Source of the DNA: a virus
DNA: 64,000 nucleotides
Virus record (IMG/VR): IMGVR_UViG_3300010397_000002
Coordinates: 1-64,000 of that record
Reading direction: 5' to 3' (one strand)
In this document: in pieces, positions 60,614 through 64,000 of the stretch
How the letters are laid out: the number at the start of each line of letters is the position of its first letter
Position numbering within the stretch: position 1 is the first letter of the stretch
Translations under genes and position numbers: made by a program
Notes under the pieces: generated by a model
Seen by the model: only the letters and a program-made list of their open reading frames with translations
Told to the model about the DNA's origin: nothing
Database searches by the model: none

Positions 60614-61470
60614 TCTCCCATCAATTTATTAACCCAATACTCAAACAACTCCGTCACTCGAAAATAATAACCACCATCCCCACAAGGATGCACATTTGGA
60701 GCAAAGTCACAAACCTCTAATAATCTAGGTACTTTCATTGCCTCGGCAATCGCGAAGCACATGGATTGGTTGCCTATGAAAAGCTTACAGGAGTTGATGG
60801 CAACGGCCAGTTCATAAAAATCTTTTACTTCAAGTAGTGGTAATTCGAGGTTCCAGTCATGTTTGAAAGTCTCGTATTCCTCTTTAGTACCGGTAAATAT
60901 TAATTTCTCTTCGTATTTTTTGAGATGGAAATAATCGATCCAGTGGCATTGGTAACGTGAGGTACGGTTGATGAGAATTTTACCTCTAAGTTTTATTATT
61001 AATGGATTCTCGGGATAATAATCAGGATCAAGACTTGTAATATCTTTCCTTTCCAATTCAATCCAATGCTTCCAATACTCCGGCCTCATCTCAGCAAACA
61101 CCATTGGCAACCAAGTGACAATATTCCCATAAGGCATGTGAGACTTGACCTGGCGAAGCATATCCAAATCCACCATCACCTTCTCCCCTTTCCACTCATT
61201 AAAAGACTCTACATAAGGCTGCGCTTCGATCAGCGGCTTCAGCATATCAAAGGCGTACCGATTCATCATGCTATTACCATAAGGATGGTTAGCGCCATCG
61301 TACAGGCGCCCTTGCTGGTCCAGCCATTGGTAGATTACAGCCTTTTGGCCGTAGGTATCGCAGTAACTTTTAATGCCCGCAAGCGCATAAATAAGGTCTC
61401 CGGCAAAGCACCCGTGCTTAAATAGTAATTTATTCTCCAAATTTGTATCTTTAAACCTGTTAATTAACAA
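60610..61470 (-). CDS. GT9-like (heptosyltransferase-fold) glycosyltransferase
   Basis: HGCFAGDLIYAL, LIEAQPYV, FYELAVAINSCKLFIGNQSMCFAIAEAMKVPR; start uncertain. Confidence 0.75.
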   Translation of the reverse strand: MLINRFKDTNLENKLLFKHGCFAGDLIYALAGIKSYCDTYGQKAVIYQWLDQQGRLYDGANHPYGNSMMNRYAFDMLKPLIEAQPYVESFNEWKGEKVMVDLDMLRQVKSHMPYGNIVTWLPMVFAEMRPEYWKHWIELERKDITSLDPDYYPENPLIIKLRGKILINRTSRYQCHWIDYFHLKKYEEKLIFTGTKEEYETFKHDWNLELPLLEVKDFYELAVAINSCKLFIGNQSMCFAIAEAMKVPRLLEVCDFAPNVHPCGDGGYYFRVTELFEYWVNKLMGE

Positions 61471-61486
61471 TTAAACTAATTATACC

Positions 61487-61726
61487 ATGGCTACCAACAT
61501 TTTAATCGACGTGTACGAATTCAGCACCGGTATGGAGTTGAACCAAAAATACACTCAACCATTTGTGGCTGCTGAGATTACGTATCAACCAGCCAGTATT
61601 TACAATTTCAAGAACGTTTATTTTACCGGCGTTCGGTCTAAAATCACGTCCAAATTTGGCGGCATTCTGAAAGACTACTATGTAGCTCAGACTCCAGCAC
61701 AGATCAAAACGCTCTTAGACGCCTAA
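61487..61726 (+). CDS. Small protein, possibly virion-associated
   Basis: 79 aa with its own terminator (AAAGCCC/GGGCTTT, 61730-61759). Confidence 0.6.
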   Translation: MATNILIDVYEFSTGMELNQKYTQPFVAAEITYQPASIYNFKNVYFTGVRSKITSKFGGILKDYYVAQTPAQIKTLLDA

Positions 61727-61799
61727 TTTAAAGCCCTTCGATTTACTTCGTTGGGCTTTGCTTTGCCTAAATATTTATCAAATATAACATTTTTTTTAA

Positions 61800-61824
61800 A
61801 TAGTCATATTTATCACTATTTTTG
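61800..61824 (+). promoter_or_regulatory. Operator-like palindrome, copy 6, with a TATTTTTG -7 box
   Basis: ATAGTCATATTTATCACTAT (18/20) just upstream of ATG 61829. Confidence 0.55.
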
Positions 61825-61828
61825 TTTT

Positions 61829-62623
61829 ATGATTTCCATCCTCCAAGACTATTTCACCGTATCCATCGAATCCCGTTACAACGAGACTAAATCCAAATCA
61901 GGCATTATCCTGGTAAATACTGCATGGATTGACGATACGGAGATGGACCGCAATGAACATAAAAGAATTTATGGTACTGTGCTGGCCGTACCTGAGGTGT
62001 TCTCTGATACTCCCTACCGTGCTATTGATGATGGAATGCCAGCGTATCACAAGTATGTAGGACATGACGATATTGTAGATAAGATCAACCGAGGATACAC
62101 AAACCACAACGACAAATCTTACTACCCGAGCACATTTGAGCGATACACCGTGGTGACCATGGAGGATATTGCCAAGAACATTGATATTAAAGTTGGCGAT
62201 AAGATTTATTTCTTACCTCAGTGTACAGAAGATGAGCACATGATGGAGAAGAAAAAAGGAGAGGAGATTTACCGGATTAATGTCAGTGAGATAATTTGTG
62301 TGGTTAGAACTATGATTCTTACTGATCGCACAAATAGCATTGAGGTTGGTTTTGAGAGAAGAATCATCATGCAAGGCGAATGGGTACTCATCAAACCAAA
62401 CACCGAATCATGGTCAGAGATCACCACCAAATCAGGCATTATTATGAAGCCACTACCAACGGCTAAATGGCTTGAGGGAATTGTGGCGCACAGCAGGCAT
62501 AAGCATTTAAAAGTTGGCGCTAAAATAGTTTATCTGCCTAATGCTGACTGTCCAGTGAAGATTGAGGATGAAGATTATTATGTGATGCCTGCGCAGGATA
62601 TAATTGGGGAATTAAAGTCATGA
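61829..62623 (+). CDS. Tandem GroES-like domain protein
   Basis: Two units: ETKSKSGIIL...GTVLAVP...IKVGDKIYF and WVLIKP...TTKSGIIM...GIVAH...LKVGAKIVY...IEDEDYYVM..QDI. Confidence 0.7.
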   Translation: MISILQDYFTVSIESRYNETKSKSGIILVNTAWIDDTEMDRNEHKRIYGTVLAVPEVFSDTPYRAIDDGMPAYHKYVGHDDIVDKINRGYTNHNDKSYYPSTFERYTVVTMEDIAKNIDIKVGDKIYFLPQCTEDEHMMEKKKGEEIYRINVSEIICVVRTMILTDRTNSIEVGFERRIIMQGEWVLIKPNTESWSEITTKSGIIMKPLPTAKWLEGIVAHSRHKHLKVGAKIVYLPNADCPVKIEDEDYYVMPAQDIIGELKS

Positions 62624-62667
62624 GCGCGAGTCCATCCAATAAAAAAGCTTAACAAACAATAAAATAT

Positions 62668-63522
62668 ATGATAGGTATTTATCACAACCGTGATCTTGAC
62701 GGATTCGCATCTGGGGCGATAATAAAGAAAAAATATCCTGATGCGAAAATGATTGGATATGATTATGGGCAACCACTTCAATTAGAAGCTAATGGTGATT
62801 CCGTTATTATGGCTGACGTATCATTGCCCATGAAGACAATGTTAAAAATAGCCCAAATGGCTAATTATAATTTTACTTGGATCGATCATCATATCTCTGC
62901 AATGAATGATTATGAATTATTTGTTGGTAATGGTGAGTCTTTCTGTACGGCCATTTTGGATTCTAAAATATCAGCATGCGAAGGCACTTGGAAACACCTT
63001 TTCCCTAATGAAGGTATCCCAAAAGGAATCCAATTACTCGGTGAATACGATACATGGAGAAATGGTGATATAGAAAAGTGGAACAATGAAATTCTTCCAT
63101 TCCAGTTCGGCATCCGAATGTACTGCAATTCACTTGATACTTTCCCAGATAATGTATTTTGGAATGAGGACTGGATTAGAAAAGTGATAGAAAAAGGCAA
63201 AACAATTCTTCAATACCAAGCACAAGTAAACGAATCAGCATGCAATAAGTCTGCTTTTGAGTTTAATTTTGAAGGACTCAAGGCAATTTGCTTAAACGGT
63301 GGTGGATTTAATTCCGATGTTTTTAAATCTGTCTATAATGAAGAGATACATGATATTATGATGCCATTTGTTTTTAATGGTAAGTTCTGGGTAATTAGTC
63401 TGTACACAACAAAGGATATTGATTGCTCAAATATTGCTAAAAAACATGGTGGAGGAGGTCATAAAAAAGCTGCCGGATTCCAAGTTTATGATATTAAGAC
63501 CATATTCACAAACATGAAATAA
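62668..63522 (+). CDS. DHH/DHHA1 phosphoesterase (NrnA-like)
   Basis: HNRDLDG, MADVS, WIDHH, YDTW, GGGGHKKAAGF. Confidence 0.88.
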   Translation: MIGIYHNRDLDGFASGAIIKKKYPDAKMIGYDYGQPLQLEANGDSVIMADVSLPMKTMLKIAQMANYNFTWIDHHISAMNDYELFVGNGESFCTAILDSKISACEGTWKHLFPNEGIPKGIQLLGEYDTWRNGDIEKWNNEILPFQFGIRMYCNSLDTFPDNVFWNEDWIRKVIEKGKTILQYQAQVNESACNKSAFEFNFEGLKAICLNGGGFNSDVFKSVYNEEIHDIMMPFVFNGKFWVISLYTTKDIDCSNIAKKHGGGGHKKAAGFQVYDIKTIFTNMK

Positions 63523-63548
63523 AAAACCCCAGGAATAAATCCCTGGGG
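63521..63548 (-). terminator. Intrinsic terminator of the - strand lysis transcript
   Basis: CCCCAGGGA...TCCTGGGG-TTTTTT on the minus strand. Confidence 0.7.
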
Positions 63549-63602
63549 AAAAAGGCTTCAATCTTCGGAGTGCAACGTCGGAAGACGGATTTGATTACAA
63601 AA

Positions 63603-63896
63603 CTAATCAGTTTTTTCAACTTTCTCCACTTTTGTCTTTTCAGTGGTAGTTGTCGATGAAGATACCTTACCAGCCCTGAAATCTATCACCTGTTGTAAGG
63701 TTATAATTCCCATGCATAATAATGCGAACAGCAGCCAAGCGATAATAACATCAACCAATATTTTTTCATCACAAAATCGGAACGTTGCAATCATCGCTAC
63801 CATTACGCCAGCGAAAGCACTGAGCTTCCTGGCAGAAAAACCTTCCGTCTTACTGTTGTTATTAAAACTATTGTAGATGTCATCAATAAGTTTCAT
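63603..63896 (-). CDS. Putative holin
   Basis: 97 aa, SARKL then two TM helices, charged C-terminus. Confidence 0.6.
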   Translation of the reverse strand: MKLIDDIYNSFNNNSKTEGFSARKLSAFAGVMVAMIATFRFCDEKILVDVIIAWLLFALLCMGIITLQQVIDFRAGKVSSSTTTTEKTKVEKVEKTD

Positions 63897-64000
63897 TTCT
63901 TATGCAGTCTATATCCTTCCTCAAACGCTATAGGAACGGCAATAATAAAGATCCATTTTAATATTTTCTGCTTCCTTCGGTCTTTCTCACAATCGGCAGT
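63893..64000 (-). CDS. 3' end of a membrane-anchored protein (partial, possible spanin)
   Basis: ...KQKILKWIFIIAVPIAFEEGYRLHKK*; TGA overlaps the holin ATG. Confidence 0.35.
   Translation of the reverse strand, partial: TADCEKDRRKQKILKWIFIIAVPIAFEEGYRLHKK

Noticed and set aside
1-64000. Stop-codon reassignment as in some crAss-like phages
   Set aside because: Long genes are intact in the standard code, and TAG/TGA terminate tightly packed genes
1-64000. tRNA genes
   Set aside because: No cloverleaf with a GTTCRA T-loop seen in intergenic DNA by eye; tRNAscan was not run

Overview
This window is 64 kb of an AT-rich dsDNA bacteriophage of Bacteroidota. The evidence is TAnnTTTG -7 promoter boxes, no obvious Shine-Dalgarno sites and the standard genetic code. 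Bases 1-20.5 kb (- strand) carry a crAss-like podovirus virion module: terminase, portal, acidic scaffold-like protein, major capsid protein, fibres/spike, three ring/tail-tube-like proteins and the start of a tail stabilisation protein. Bases 21-33 kb (-) are a replication/recombination block with an SF2 helicase, VRR-NUC, DnaQ, RecE/RecT-like proteins, an SSB-like protein, ACP and KTSC. Bases 33-54 kb (+) hold many small early/middle genes plus a DnaB-N/AAA helicase, a dual-frame C5 methyltransferase, Thg1, a serine resolvase and GmhA. Bases 54-61 kb (-) are a glycosyl-/methyltransferase block, followed by GroES-like, DHH and holin-like genes. Most notable: (1) a dispersed, near-complete phage-encoded nucleotide-heptose synthesis and transfer pathway; (2) hairpin RNAs whose loops are antisense to boxes repeated upstream of several start codons; (3) a C5 methyltransferase split across two fully overlapping reading frames; (4) six copies of a 20-bp palindromic operator; (5) an AGTGTCCT repeat/palindrome field flanking a degenerate LAGLIDADG gene; (6) a ~170-nt structured ncRNA candidate. 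All family assignments come from motif recognition by eye; no searches were run.
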